Shown here one piece after another: positions 18,902 to 28,559 of a DNA stretch of 64,000 bases. The position numbers and the translations under genes are program-made. The DNA is from an uncultured virus (IMG/VR IMGVR_UViG_3300020213_000028) (taxonomy: Duplodnaviria > Heunggongvirae > Uroviricota > Caudoviricetes): the IMG/VR virus record IMGVR_UViG_3300020213_000028; one strand, 5' to 3'. Below the pieces are notes generated by a model. That model had not been told where the DNA came from and ran no database searches. It saw only the letters and a program-made list of their open reading frames with translations. Each line of letters opens with the position of its first letter. Positions within the stretch are counted from its first letter, which is position 1.

Positions 18902-19349
18902 GCGGCGACAAGGTACGGCGCGTGGTTTTATGGGCTCTGCCGAGGAAATCTAATAATGAATCCGACCGCGTATGAGGCGCTGGCCGAACTTGTGGTGATT
19001 CGTGATATTAAGCACCGCGAGAACATGACCGCGCCCGAGTATGACGAGTTTTGCGCCAGGTATGACGCCGCCTACGCCGCCGCTCGCGCGGTCGTGGCTG
19101 CGGGGCCGGGGAGCGATGCGTTGCTACGGTTCGCCGGGGAGTGCCTTGGCCCATGGCCCAAATACCTACACGACATGAGGGGCGAGATGCAGGAGCGATT
19201 GCACAAAGCGGGATTGATTGAAGAACGAGTAGCGACGGAAGCGGGTGACGAATACGACGTTGGTGATACCGTCTACTCCCTCACGGAACTCGGACTCGCC
19301 GCCACCAAGGAGAACACGAAATGAGCGGCGACAAGGTACGGCGCGTGGT
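18874..19349 (+). repeat. 53-bp exact direct repeat spanning RBS and ATGA junction (18874-18926 and 19297-19349)
   Basis: cgccgccaccaaggagaacacgaaatgagcggcgacaaggtacggcgcgtggt occurs twice; variants at 19620, 20386, 21854, 22116 and 22365. Confidence 0.9.
18956..19324 (+). CDS. modular hypothetical protein (ends AATKENTK)
   Basis: N-terminus paralogous to the 18596 ORF. Confidence 0.65.
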   Translation: MNPTAYEALAELVVIRDIKHRENMTAPEYDEFCARYDAAYAAARAVVAAGPGSDALLRFAGECLGPWPKYLHDMRGEMQERLHKAGLIEERVATEAGDEYDVGDTVYSLTELGLAATKENTK

Positions 19350-19620
19350 ATGCGCTGCAATCCGCAGCGCAGGCGGCGACCTTTTGCTAGGCATCCGCCA
19401 TTACGGCAAGGACATGTGCGAGCAAATTGACGCGCGCCGCGACGGCACCAGGTTCTGCCATCGCCACGACCCTGATCAAGGCTTTGTCGATCAGTACGGC
19501 GTTTACATGACGCGCGAGAAAGCCTACGAAGTAGCGCACGCTGTGGGCCAAATCATTCACCCCGAAGCGTGCGGCGAAGGTCTTGATGGGCCGCGGCTAT
19601 ACAGCGAAGGACTCTACTGA
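19321..19620 (+). CDS. hypothetical phage protein
   Basis: VVCAAIR..GIRH..QGFVDQYGVYMTREKA..LYSEGLY, a recurrent small phage family. Confidence 0.7.
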   Translation: MSGDKVRRVVCAAIRSAGGDLLLGIRHYGKDMCEQIDARRDGTRFCHRHDPDQGFVDQYGVYMTREKAYEVAHAVGQIIHPEACGEGLDGPRLYSEGLY

Positions 19621-19711
19621 TGAGCAATGACAAGGTACGAGCTGCGGCGCAGGTGGACTCGTCAGTCAAGGCCGTGCGCGCATCAATTGTCACGGGCCCT
19701 CGAGGACAGAA

Positions 19712-20413
19712 ATGACACCAGTGAAGGACCGTGGGGTGAGCCTTTCAGCGGCCGAAAATTTGCTTCTCACGATTCAAGGCCAGCGATTCTCGACGATTTT
19801 GGCCGATCCACCGTGGCAGTTCCAGAACCGGACTGGCAAGATGGCCCCGGAACACAAGCGCCTGAATCGGTATATGACTCTCTCTCTTAACGAAATTAAG
19901 TCGCTGCCAGTTTTGCCGTTGCTTCGCGATACCGCGCATTGCTACCTGTGGGTACCAAACGCCCTGCTGCCAGAGGGTATAGAAACCCTTAGGGCATGGG
20001 GCTTCCACTACAAGAGCAACATCGTTTGGCACAAGGTGCGTAAGGATGGCGGGCCGGACGGCCGAGGCGTCGGATTCTACTTTCGCAACGTCACGGAAAT
20101 TGTGCTATTTGGGGTGCGCGGAATCAACGCACGGACGTTAGCGCCGGGGCGTCGTCAGGTGAACATTATTCGTACGATGAAACGCGAACACAGCCGCAAA
20201 CCCGATGAGCTGTACCCGATCATTGAGGGATGCAGCCCTGGGCCATTTTTGGAGCTATTTGCACGCGGCCAGCGAAAAGGATGGGCAGTATGGGGCAATC
20301 AGGCAGAGGAATATTTTCCCACCTGGAACACCTATTCAAATCATTCTCAAGCCGAACAAAAGCCCAGAAGTTACGCCTCGTCGGTCGCCGCCACCAAGGA
20401 GAACGCGAAATGA
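19712..20413 (+). CDS. MT-A70 family N6-adenine DNA methyltransferase
   Basis: ILADPPW motif IV, HCYLWVPN, IVWHK..GVGFYFRNVTE, REHSRKP, LELFARG..WGNQA. Confidence 0.92.
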   Translation: MTPVKDRGVSLSAAENLLLTIQGQRFSTILADPPWQFQNRTGKMAPEHKRLNRYMTLSLNEIKSLPVLPLLRDTAHCYLWVPNALLPEGIETLRAWGFHYKSNIVWHKVRKDGGPDGRGVGFYFRNVTEIVLFGVRGINARTLAPGRRQVNIIRTMKREHSRKPDELYPIIEGCSPGPFLELFARGQRKGWAVWGNQAEEYFPTWNTYSNHSQAEQKPRSYASSVAATKENAK

Positions 20414-21372
20414 GCAACGACAAGGTACGGGCTGCGTTTGAGTCGTGGTACTCGGGGGTCACCCTGAATACCGTGTGGTTCGAGCGGGACACTAAGAACC
20501 CAGATGAGTATTCATGGCAGGATACACACATCGCATGGCTCGCGTGGAGAGCCGCCCTTGCGCTGCCAGTCGAGCCGAAGGTGGAGCTGGTGGCGTGGCG
20601 TGATGCCATCATTGATGCGCTGGTGATCGCGCATATCTATCGCGCAGAACACGACGATGACCCGCGCAAAGCGTTGCACGATCTGCTGGCGTGGGAAGTA
20701 AGCGTCGCGCTTGACCCGCTGGTGTCTGCCGATGCCAGAGCATTGCGCGATGCCCCGCCCGCGAAGGTGGAGCCGATGGCGGGCAGCCCTGACAGCAATT
20801 GTCCGTGCAAAAGTGAGAACGAAGATTTGCACGGCCAATCCGCCAGCGCGGGGGATGAAGTGGAGAAAGTGCTGGTTGACCTGCGTCTAATTAGCGCAGA
20901 CGCAGATGACTGTGCGACGGATTGGGATAGGTGGACCGCCGCGAGAGCCGCCGCGCTGATCGAACGCCTCGCCGCCCGTCTGCTGGAGAACGAGGAGGCC
21001 TGTCGAGCGTCAGACCAAAAGGAATTTCCAGCCACCTACAGGGCGTGGGAAAAAAAATGGGTCGCGCAAGGTGCCGAACTCGCTGACATGACCAAGGAGC
21101 GAGACAAGGCCGTGCGCATGTTCAAGGCCGCAGTTACGGGGCAGGATAGCCAGGATAGATGGCTGCCCTGCATCGAGCACCGTTTCAAGGTTGACTACCG
21201 CGTGTCCGGCTGCCCGCAATGCCAGATTGAGAAAGCCATCGCACAAGCCGAGGCTAGCGCGAAGGATGCGGCGCGGTGGAAGAGGACCGAAATGGAAGCT
21301 CGCCGGGCAGGCGTTGACATGGACAAGGCTCGCACAGAAATCGACGCCGCCATCGCCAGGGGCGCGGCATGA
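20410..21372 (+). CDS. mosaic hypothetical protein (starts MSNDKVR)
   Basis: ATGA overlap; modules shared with the 22400 ORF. Confidence 0.65.
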   Translation: MSNDKVRAAFESWYSGVTLNTVWFERDTKNPDEYSWQDTHIAWLAWRAALALPVEPKVELVAWRDAIIDALVIAHIYRAEHDDDPRKALHDLLAWEVSVALDPLVSADARALRDAPPAKVEPMAGSPDSNCPCKSENEDLHGQSASAGDEVEKVLVDLRLISADADDCATDWDRWTAARAAALIERLAARLLENEEACRASDQKEFPATYRAWEKKWVAQGAELADMTKERDKAVRMFKAAVTGQDSQDRWLPCIEHRFKVDYRVSGCPQCQIEKAIAQAEASAKDAARWKRTEMEARRAGVDMDKARTEIDAAIARGAA

Positions 21373-22403
21373 GCAATGCCCACGACGATTTTTATCGAGG
21401 CGCGCTGTTCTGCCTGCGCGTGATCTTGGACTGCGACGGCAACGGCAACACCATTTACAAGGAGGTCGTTTTGAACATCGGATTGGACGATCTTTGCCGT
21501 GTAGCCCGGAAAGAAGGCGACCTGAAATGGTCAGGCCTGGATTGGTATATGCGCCAAGAACGCCGCCATCAACGCCGAAATCGGGGCGCGCCATGAGCGG
21601 GCCGGTGCGCGAGGCGTTCGAGGCGTGGTCAGAAATGTTTTGCCTCGCATTGGATCGACGCCCGACTGGCACATACGAGTCAATGCGCACGCACGACACA
21701 TGGTGCGCCTACGTCGCTGGCCGCGATGCGGCGGACGCCGCGAAGGTGGCGGTGCCGAGGGAGCCGACAGGAGCGATGATACGGGCCGCTGAAAGCTACA
21801 TCGCTTTAGCGCATGCCGAACATGGAATATGGACACACGCGAACCATTGGCGAGCCATGCACGACGCCGCCACCAGGGAGTCCAACAAATGAGCAATGAC
21901 AAGGTATGGGGGGGCGGGATGAGAAGGACAGTTGCTCGCGTTGTCGTGTGCCGCGTTGCCGTGTTTGTTTTTGGTGTGTCCGCCCTCGTTGGATTCGTCG
22001 GATTAGCTGCAATCGTGTTCGCGGAGTCTCCGGGGTGGGGGTTTCTAGCGTTGTTTTTTGTTGGCGTCTTTGGCTTGTCATACCCACGACTGTTTGATTA
22101 TGCGGAGGGCGAGAAATGAGCAACGACAAGGTACGGGTTGCGGCGCAGGAGTTGGTAGAGGCACTTGACAACACCCACTGGTCTAGCTGGCAAACAACCG
22201 CAAGATTTTCGATACAACAAGACGCTCTTCGCGACGCGCTGGCCGCCGCCCGCGCGTGCGTTGCGCGGGGCGATGTGGCAACGGTGCCGAGGGAGCCGAC
22301 AGAGGCGATGCTTCTCACCGTCCAACGATTACTGCCGCGATGGGAAGCAAAAGCGATGTGGGGCGCCATGCACGACGCCGCCACCAGGGAGTCCAACAAA
22401 TGA
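21369..22403 (+). CDS. four coupled small modular ORFs (21369-21596, 21593-21892, 21889-22119, 22116-22403)
   Basis: all joined by ATGA overlaps; MSNDKV starts and AATRESNK ends recur. Confidence 0.6.
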
Positions 22404-23302
22404 GCAATGACCAACCGGAGGTTGCTTGCGAATACGGCGCGATGGGTCGCCACACATGGCAGCGAACGGCAGACAACACCAACATTTGCATCAACTGTAA
22501 ACGGTATCGGTCGGTTGTCCCGCCAACCTCTGCGCCGAAGGTGGAGCCGGTGGCGGACAGCCCTGACAGCGCGGGGGATGAAGGGGCGCGGGTGTGGGCT
22601 GATGAGCTTGCAACGCAGATTGCGGCGCAATGCTGGTGCGACCCTACGACGAGCAAGATAGAAATGGACTCGCGGTTAGCTGAAGTGTTTGCCAGCAACT
22701 TGTCCCGGTGGTTGCAGTCCTACGCGCAAGAGAGCCGCAATGTGGCGTATTACCAAGGGTTGATTGATAAGTGCGGCCAGCAGATCGGCATCGCAGCGTA
22801 CACCGCAGACGATGGCGGCGTTCACGATACGGTGCTACGCGCCAAGGTGCCAGCGCTGATCGAACGCCTCGCCGCCGACCTCGCCACCATGACCGCCGAG
22901 CGCAACGATGCATTTGCGCGAGCCTTGGAATTCCGACTCACGGAGTTGGACGCTGTTCGCGCCGAACGCGACGCCGCGCTGGCACGGGCCGAGGCTGCGG
23001 AGCCGGATGCGCTGCGGTGGCGGGAGTGCGTGGGCCATGCTGACGGTACGGGCTGCGGATTCCCTGCCGGTCATCGGGGCGAGTGGCTTGTCGTATCGCG
23101 TCCTGATGGTCAGATCATTACCGGGGCCACACCCAATGAAACTGTAGACGCCGCCATCGCCAAGGGCGCGCCATGAGCGGGCCGGTGCGCGAGGCGCTCG
23201 AGGCGTGGTCAGAAATGTTTTGCCTCGCATTGGATCGACGCCCGACTGGCACATACGAGTCAATGCGCACGCACGACACATGGTGCGCCTACGTCGCTGG
23301 CC
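21584..23302 (+). repeat. 139-bp direct repeat (21584-21722 and 23164-23302), one mismatch
   Basis: identical MSGPVREA..YVAG gene starts. Confidence 0.9.
22400..23176 (+). CDS. mosaic hypothetical protein
   Basis: ATGA overlap; ends DAAIAKGAP like the 20410 ORF (DAAIARGAA). Confidence 0.65.
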   Translation: MSNDQPEVACEYGAMGRHTWQRTADNTNICINCKRYRSVVPPTSAPKVEPVADSPDSAGDEGARVWADELATQIAAQCWCDPTTSKIEMDSRLAEVFASNLSRWLQSYAQESRNVAYYQGLIDKCGQQIGIAAYTADDGGVHDTVLRAKVPALIERLAADLATMTAERNDAFARALEFRLTELDAVRAERDAALARAEAAEPDALRWRECVGHADGTGCGFPAGHRGEWLVVSRPDGQIITGATPNETVDAAIAKGAP

Positions 23303-23391
23303 ACGATGCGGGGATTGAGGAGGCGGCGAAGGTGGCTACCGCAGCAATCGGGGCGACGAGACACGAAATCGCGGGTAGTGGTATAGGTTGA
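23173..23391 (+). CDS. paralog of the 21593 ORF, possibly truncated
   Basis: first ~43 codons duplicated, then runs into AT-rich DNA. Confidence 0.5.
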   Translation: MSGPVREALEAWSEMFCLALDRRPTGTYESMRTHDTWCAYVAGHDAGIEEAAKVATAAIGATRHEIAGSGIG

Positions 23392-23533
23392 TCACAAAAG
23401 CGTTACAAATTAAGTGCTTCCCGGATCGTGCTGGTTGTGAATTTGACAATGCCCCGCATCTGCAGTAGCGACCTGAATTAATGTATAGTCAATATCCAAT
23501 AGAGGTGTTTGTTGTGTACAAAAGGGGCCAAAA

Positions 23534-23887
23534 ATGACACAAGGCAAAAGGATTCGGGTGGTTGAAACAAAGATAGTTGAGAAGCACGGCTGCTTCTACC
23601 TGTCTAGCCCGGACATGCCGGAGCTTCATCTTTGCGCCGATGATCCGCGCAAACTGGCCGCTGACGTTCCAGGAATGATCAAAATGCTTTATCTCCTCAA
23701 CTACAAACTTGATGTTGAAGTAACCATCGAGGCCACCAAGGCCCTGCGCCCTGCTCGCGCCGCGCCACGGGCAGAGACTGCGGAGAGGGCCATATTCGAG
23801 GTTGACTACCATGTTGCTATGGCGGCTAACCGGATCGAAGAGGCCATCAATAGAAAGCGCAACACCATCGCCAAGGCGTCCGCATGA
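23534..23887 (+). CDS. HicB/DUF1902-like protein
   Basis: GCFYLSSPDMPELHLCADDPRKLAADVPGMIKML resembles the HicB-like fold; AT-rich upstream segment. Confidence 0.55.
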   Translation: MTQGKRIRVVETKIVEKHGCFYLSSPDMPELHLCADDPRKLAADVPGMIKMLYLLNYKLDVEVTIEATKALRPARAAPRAETAERAIFEVDYHVAMAANRIEEAINRKRNTIAKASA

Positions 23888-24314
23888 GCGCGCGCGAGTT
23901 GAGCGACGCGGAGTGCGATGCGGTGTTGGGGGATGTGTTTGGCGTGACGACATGGCGGGGCCTCCCGGTCGAGCGGACCATCGCCCGCACCGCCTACGCC
24001 GCTGGCCGCGCTGCGGGGCTGGAATCGGTGGCGAAGGTATGCAAGAGCATGACGAAAGATATTGTCTGCCCTGAAGAATGCGCCGCCGTCATCCGCGCAC
24101 TGACTGAAAGAACCCCCCACTCATGACCACCGCTCTCACCAAACCTGTACGCCGGCTATGCACCCGGATCAAAGACGGCGGCCGCAACATCATCGTCAGC
24201 CTCGAGCCTGGCGACATCCTGACCTTCCGTACAGTCGGCTTCAAAAGCACCTACCGCATCGCTCTAGAGCCTCTTTTTAACCGTGCTGCTGCCGACGCCG
24301 CCCGCAATAAGTGA
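23884..24314 (+). CDS. two small hypothetical proteins (23884-24126, 24123-24314)
   Basis: ATGA-coupled ORFs. Confidence 0.55.
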
Positions 24315-24353
24315 TGTAGAATCGAATGTTCGATCAACGAACCAGGAATACGC

Positions 24354-26756
24354 ATGAACTTGACGTTTCTTGCAGCCTCTGCACCTCTCGCCAAGTCGTA
24401 CGCACTGGCCGCCGACGGAACCCTGACCAAAGAGTCCTATCCCAAGGTCTGGGAATTCACGTCCCACAACGAACAAGTCCTTGATCTCAAAGACTTCTAT
24501 GCCAAACTCATCGAGCACGCTGATCAAGGCCACTGCCTCCTCAAAGGCGAAGTCCAGCGCCCCCTCGCAGCTGAGTCTCGGGCTGGATCCACCGACCCCA
24601 ACAACCTCACCCGCTGGATTTGTCTGGATGTTGACCGCCTGGGAGCAGGCGAAAGCATTAGCGGACTCCTTAGCCAACTTGACCTGGATAACGTCACCCA
24701 TATCATTCAGTTCTCAGCAAGTTACGGCGTGGAGACAGGCCGCGGGGAAACCGGCCACGTATTCATGCAACTGGCCAAGCCAATGCACCCCGCCGCACTC
24801 AAACAATGGCTGATTCACCTCAACCTAACCACCCCGGCACTGGCTACCCTCATCACGCTCACGAAGACCAACAATGCCCTCTCCTGGCCCCTGGACATTT
24901 CTACCTGCCAGTCCGACAAGCTCTTGTATATCGCGCCCCCGCTGCTCGGAGAAGGCGTGGTATCGAACTACACCGGAACCCGAATCACCCTGGTCGACGC
25001 TACCTCGCCCACCCTTAATCTTGTGGAAGCTGACATCCCGACAGCGGAGGCAAATCGCCTCGGAACTAGCAAACGGCTTGATGATCTCCGCGCTGCGAAT
25101 GGACTCCCAAAAAAAATTCTCGCCTTCAAAACCCTCAAAGACGGCGATGAAATCGTCTCCAACCCAGATGTCGCCACCCTTTCCGGAGTCAAGCGCGAGC
25201 GCGGCTTCACCTATTTCAACCTCAACGGCGGCGACAGCTGGGGCTATTACCACAAGGACGAAGAGCCCGCCATCATCCGCAACTTCAAAGGCGAGCCCGA
25301 CTACCTCACCGCCGACCTGCTGCCTGAGTACTGGAGCGAGCTCGAACGCCAACGCAAGAACGCCAAGTTTGACGCCAAGCGCGCTGTTCAAAACCCTACC
25401 GATGATCGCCCTGCAGTCTTGGTCTTCCGCGATTACCGCACGGCGCTCTATTACAACGGCACATGGGATCCCAATACGGACCGCCTTAGCCTGGCACGCG
25501 CATCAAGCGAATTACAAATCCAGCACTACCTGAAAGAGAAAGGGCTCCCCGAGATTGATTACATCCCGGTGTGGAACCTTCGCTACGACCCACAGTCTGA
25601 TATTCGAGTCGACAGTGAAAACCGAACACTGAACACTTACGAGAAGTCCTCGTACATGAAACTGCCCCCAAGGGCAGCGGAGCCCGCAGTGACCGAATTC
25701 CCCACCATCCACCGCTTGATGAAGCACGCCGTCGGCAACGATCCGGCGTTACTCGAGCACTGGCTGAACTGGTGGGCCTGCCTCTATCAGTACCGCTGCC
25801 GCACGATGTGCGCCTGGGTACTACACGGCTCACAAGGCACTGGTAAAGGTCTCCTGATCAACAAGGTACTCATCCCCCTACTGGGTGCGCAAAACGTCGT
25901 TGTTAAACGCATGCAGGAGTTCGAAGAGCAATTCAACGAGCACCTCGAGCGCTCCCAGCTCGTCGTCATCGACGAAGCACAGATCAGCGAAACCAAGCAG
26001 AGCCGGATCCTCATGGCCAATCTGAAGAACATGATCACTGAGCCACAAATCTCAATCCGCCGCATGCGCACGGATTCATACTTGGTTGAAAATTATTGCA
26101 ACTTCATGATCCTCTCCAACCAACCAGACCCCGTCACCCTCGAAGTCGCCGACCGACGTTTCAACGTCGGTGCCTACCAACCCTTGAAACTAGTCATGGA
26201 AGACAACTTCTTGGAGAAGATCGAAGCCGAACTAGAAGCCTTCGCCCAGTACTCTAAACTTCGAACGGCTGATCGAAAAATCGCCATGACCGTCTTCGAA
26301 AGCGCAGATCGCGACGCCATGATCGCGACCTCAACGAACTCCCTCGAAGCCACTGCGCAAGCGGTACTCACCGGCGATCTGGAGTTTTTCTGGGACGCCC
26401 TGCCCGCTGGCGAAATGGGGATGCTTGGCGTAGAAGCACAAATGCTGCACGAGTCTTACACCAAGCTCGTGCACGAGGCCTTGACCTCAACAGACCCTGA
26501 TTACCGCCTGACTCGTGATGAGTTACGCGTGCTGTTCGCCTACAACGTAGGCGATGTACCTCGCACTCCGGCGAAGTTCACTTCAATGCTTCGACATCAC
26601 CGGGTGCACACCGACGTTATCCGGATCCACGGACGCAATGTTCGTGGTGTGAAAGTTAACTGGAAGAAAGATCCCCAATGGCTGCAAGACCGTCTAATCG
26701 AGCTGGAAAAGAAACCGACCGCAAAGGTCGTGAATATAAACTCCGTCGCGCGCTGA
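24354..26756 (+). CDS. DNA primase-helicase (C-terminal SF3/DUF5906 helicase)
   Basis: WICLDVD and FSAS..GHVF primase-like motifs; Walker A HGSQGTGKG, VVIDEA, LSNQ, DRRF. Confidence 0.85.
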   Translation: MNLTFLAASAPLAKSYALAADGTLTKESYPKVWEFTSHNEQVLDLKDFYAKLIEHADQGHCLLKGEVQRPLAAESRAGSTDPNNLTRWICLDVDRLGAGESISGLLSQLDLDNVTHIIQFSASYGVETGRGETGHVFMQLAKPMHPAALKQWLIHLNLTTPALATLITLTKTNNALSWPLDISTCQSDKLLYIAPPLLGEGVVSNYTGTRITLVDATSPTLNLVEADIPTAEANRLGTSKRLDDLRAANGLPKKILAFKTLKDGDEIVSNPDVATLSGVKRERGFTYFNLNGGDSWGYYHKDEEPAIIRNFKGEPDYLTADLLPEYWSELERQRKNAKFDAKRAVQNPTDDRPAVLVFRDYRTALYYNGTWDPNTDRLSLARASSELQIQHYLKEKGLPEIDYIPVWNLRYDPQSDIRVDSENRTLNTYEKSSYMKLPPRAAEPAVTEFPTIHRLMKHAVGNDPALLEHWLNWWACLYQYRCRTMCAWVLHGSQGTGKGLLINKVLIPLLGAQNVVVKRMQEFEEQFNEHLERSQLVVIDEAQISETKQSRILMANLKNMITEPQISIRRMRTDSYLVENYCNFMILSNQPDPVTLEVADRRFNVGAYQPLKLVMEDNFLEKIEAELEAFAQYSKLRTADRKIAMTVFESADRDAMIATSTNSLEATAQAVLTGDLEFFWDALPAGEMGMLGVEAQMLHESYTKLVHEALTSTDPDYRLTRDELRVLFAYNVGDVPRTPAKFTSMLRHHRVHTDVIRIHGRNVRGVKVNWKKDPQWLQDRLIELEKKPTAKVVNINSVAR

Positions 26757-27182
26757 AAGTGCTCGGTTCGCACTATTCGTGCGCACCGGCTAGCACCTAC
26801 ACACCACCACACAGCTTCTTCCTGCGCAGCAACGCCGCGCCGAGGACCCAAGCATGCTGATCCTCACTCCGCAACTGCTCGAAAAACTTCGTACGGAGCA
26901 ACCGTACCCGGAACTGCGCATGGAGCCAGATCGGCCCTGGGCCGACGAAAAACATACCAAATTTTTTGACCGCCTGAAAGCCCAACTTCCTACGAAAGAC
27001 TAAATGAAGCTGTTTCAAATCCGAGAAGTTGCTAGTAATAAAGTGTTGAATCCCACCTATCCCAGCAAACCCAGGGCTAAGAATGCGCGTGATTTACTAG
27101 AAGGCCCTCGCGAAGAACTCAATCCCCGGCGCTTCGTAATCGTACCGGGTCCCGACCACCACAAATACAACGGAACCACCTA

Positions 27183-28559
27183 ATGAAGCTCACCACGCCT
27201 GAACAGCTGGCCGCCTGGGCCGCAGAATATTACGGCTGGGGCCTAGGATCAAAAGCCGAAGTTCTTGACAATCTAAAAAACAAGACTCCTACCTCATTAT
27301 GGCGCTGGCGCGAAGACAACAAGGACGTGATATACAACCGCCCACGCCCCTACTGGGCTCACAACATTGACTCCGACAATAGCTTCTGGGTTTATGTCAC
27401 TGCTGACGATCCAATGAAGATCGGCTATACCCCGACCGACGCCTACGGCATTGCTGATCGCCAGATCGTCACCACTGTTGGGCGATTCTTACGGAAGCAT
27501 TACCCTGAGCTGTCAAAAGAAAGCATTTGCCACTACGTCGACCAACATCGCAGCACCTACGGCCCCGCCGAACTGGCTATCGCCTTCGACGCAGCTGATA
27601 TTCAGCACGCCTATGAAAACGGCCCTAGTTCATGTATGGCAGGCAAAGACTGGTCCTACGAGAATCCCTATCGCATCTACGACGGCCCCGATACCGTCCT
27701 GGCGCTGCTGTACCGCGGCGACCGCATCGTAGCGCGCACGGTGTGCAACATAAACACCGACCCGATGCAATACACCCGGATTTATGGCGACGCCAACGTA
27801 CTAAAAACCAAGCTCCTCGAGCTTGGTTTTGCTGAGGGGAGTCTTAACGACGTCCGACTGCGCCTTCACATAGTGGACGACTCCTGTGCAGTGTGTCCTT
27901 ACATTGACACTGTTGACCGCGCGGACATCGAAGGCGACTTCCTATTCCTCGGTGATGGCGACTTCAGTCCACAGACCACTAACGGGCTCTTGCAGATCTA
28001 CAACAAGGAAGACGATGAGGATATGTTCTTCTGCGAGCACTGTGAAGAGGACTGCAGCGAAGAGGACAACCACGCGTGCGAAGCCCATAACGGTCACGGG
28101 GGCTTGACTATTTGTAGCTCTTGCGCCGAGGGCTCCTACACCATAGCGATCATCAACAGGCGGGCTTACGAAGCTTACGTCCACGACGCCGAGATCATAG
28201 AAGTCAGAAACCAATACTACTTGAACGACGATGATCTTCTATGTGCCTTGGGCTTCATCTATTGCGACCAGGAAGAGCAATGGTTCCATCCTGGCGATAT
28301 ATGCACGCCAAAATACCGCGACGAACACTGCCCCACCGATAAATGCACTTATGGAGAGAGTAATGAATGGATTCACGACGACGATGCTATCAAAACCGAC
28401 AGTGGGCAAACCCACCACGTTGATGACACGGTTGAAATCGAGGGAAAAGTCTATTCCCTCGAAGAAGCAGAAGAACTCAATTTCCCCCTCCCCAGAATCC
28501 ACCGTATCACCGACTCCATCGAGTTCGCCGATCGACAAGGACAGCTCGAAATTACTTGA
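27183..28559 (+). CDS. hypothetical protein with Cys-rich acidic C-terminal half
   Basis: 458 aa; GPSSCM, YTRIYG, PYID motifs and CxxC pairs. Confidence 0.7.
   Translation: MKLTTPEQLAAWAAEYYGWGLGSKAEVLDNLKNKTPTSLWRWREDNKDVIYNRPRPYWAHNIDSDNSFWVYVTADDPMKIGYTPTDAYGIADRQIVTTVGRFLRKHYPELSKESICHYVDQHRSTYGPAELAIAFDAADIQHAYENGPSSCMAGKDWSYENPYRIYDGPDTVLALLYRGDRIVARTVCNINTDPMQYTRIYGDANVLKTKLLELGFAEGSLNDVRLRLHIVDDSCAVCPYIDTVDRADIEGDFLFLGDGDFSPQTTNGLLQIYNKEDDEDMFFCEHCEEDCSEEDNHACEAHNGHGGLTICSSCAEGSYTIAIINRRAYEAYVHDAEIIEVRNQYYLNDDDLLCALGFIYCDQEEQWFHPGDICTPKYRDEHCPTDKCTYGESNEWIHDDDAIKTDSGQTHHVDDTVEIEGKVYSLEEAEELNFPLPRIHRITDSIEFADRQGQLEIT

Noticed and set aside
21584..23302. Diversity-generating retroelement TR/VR pair
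   Set aside because: Only one T/C mismatch, not adenine-specific, and no reverse transcriptase in the window
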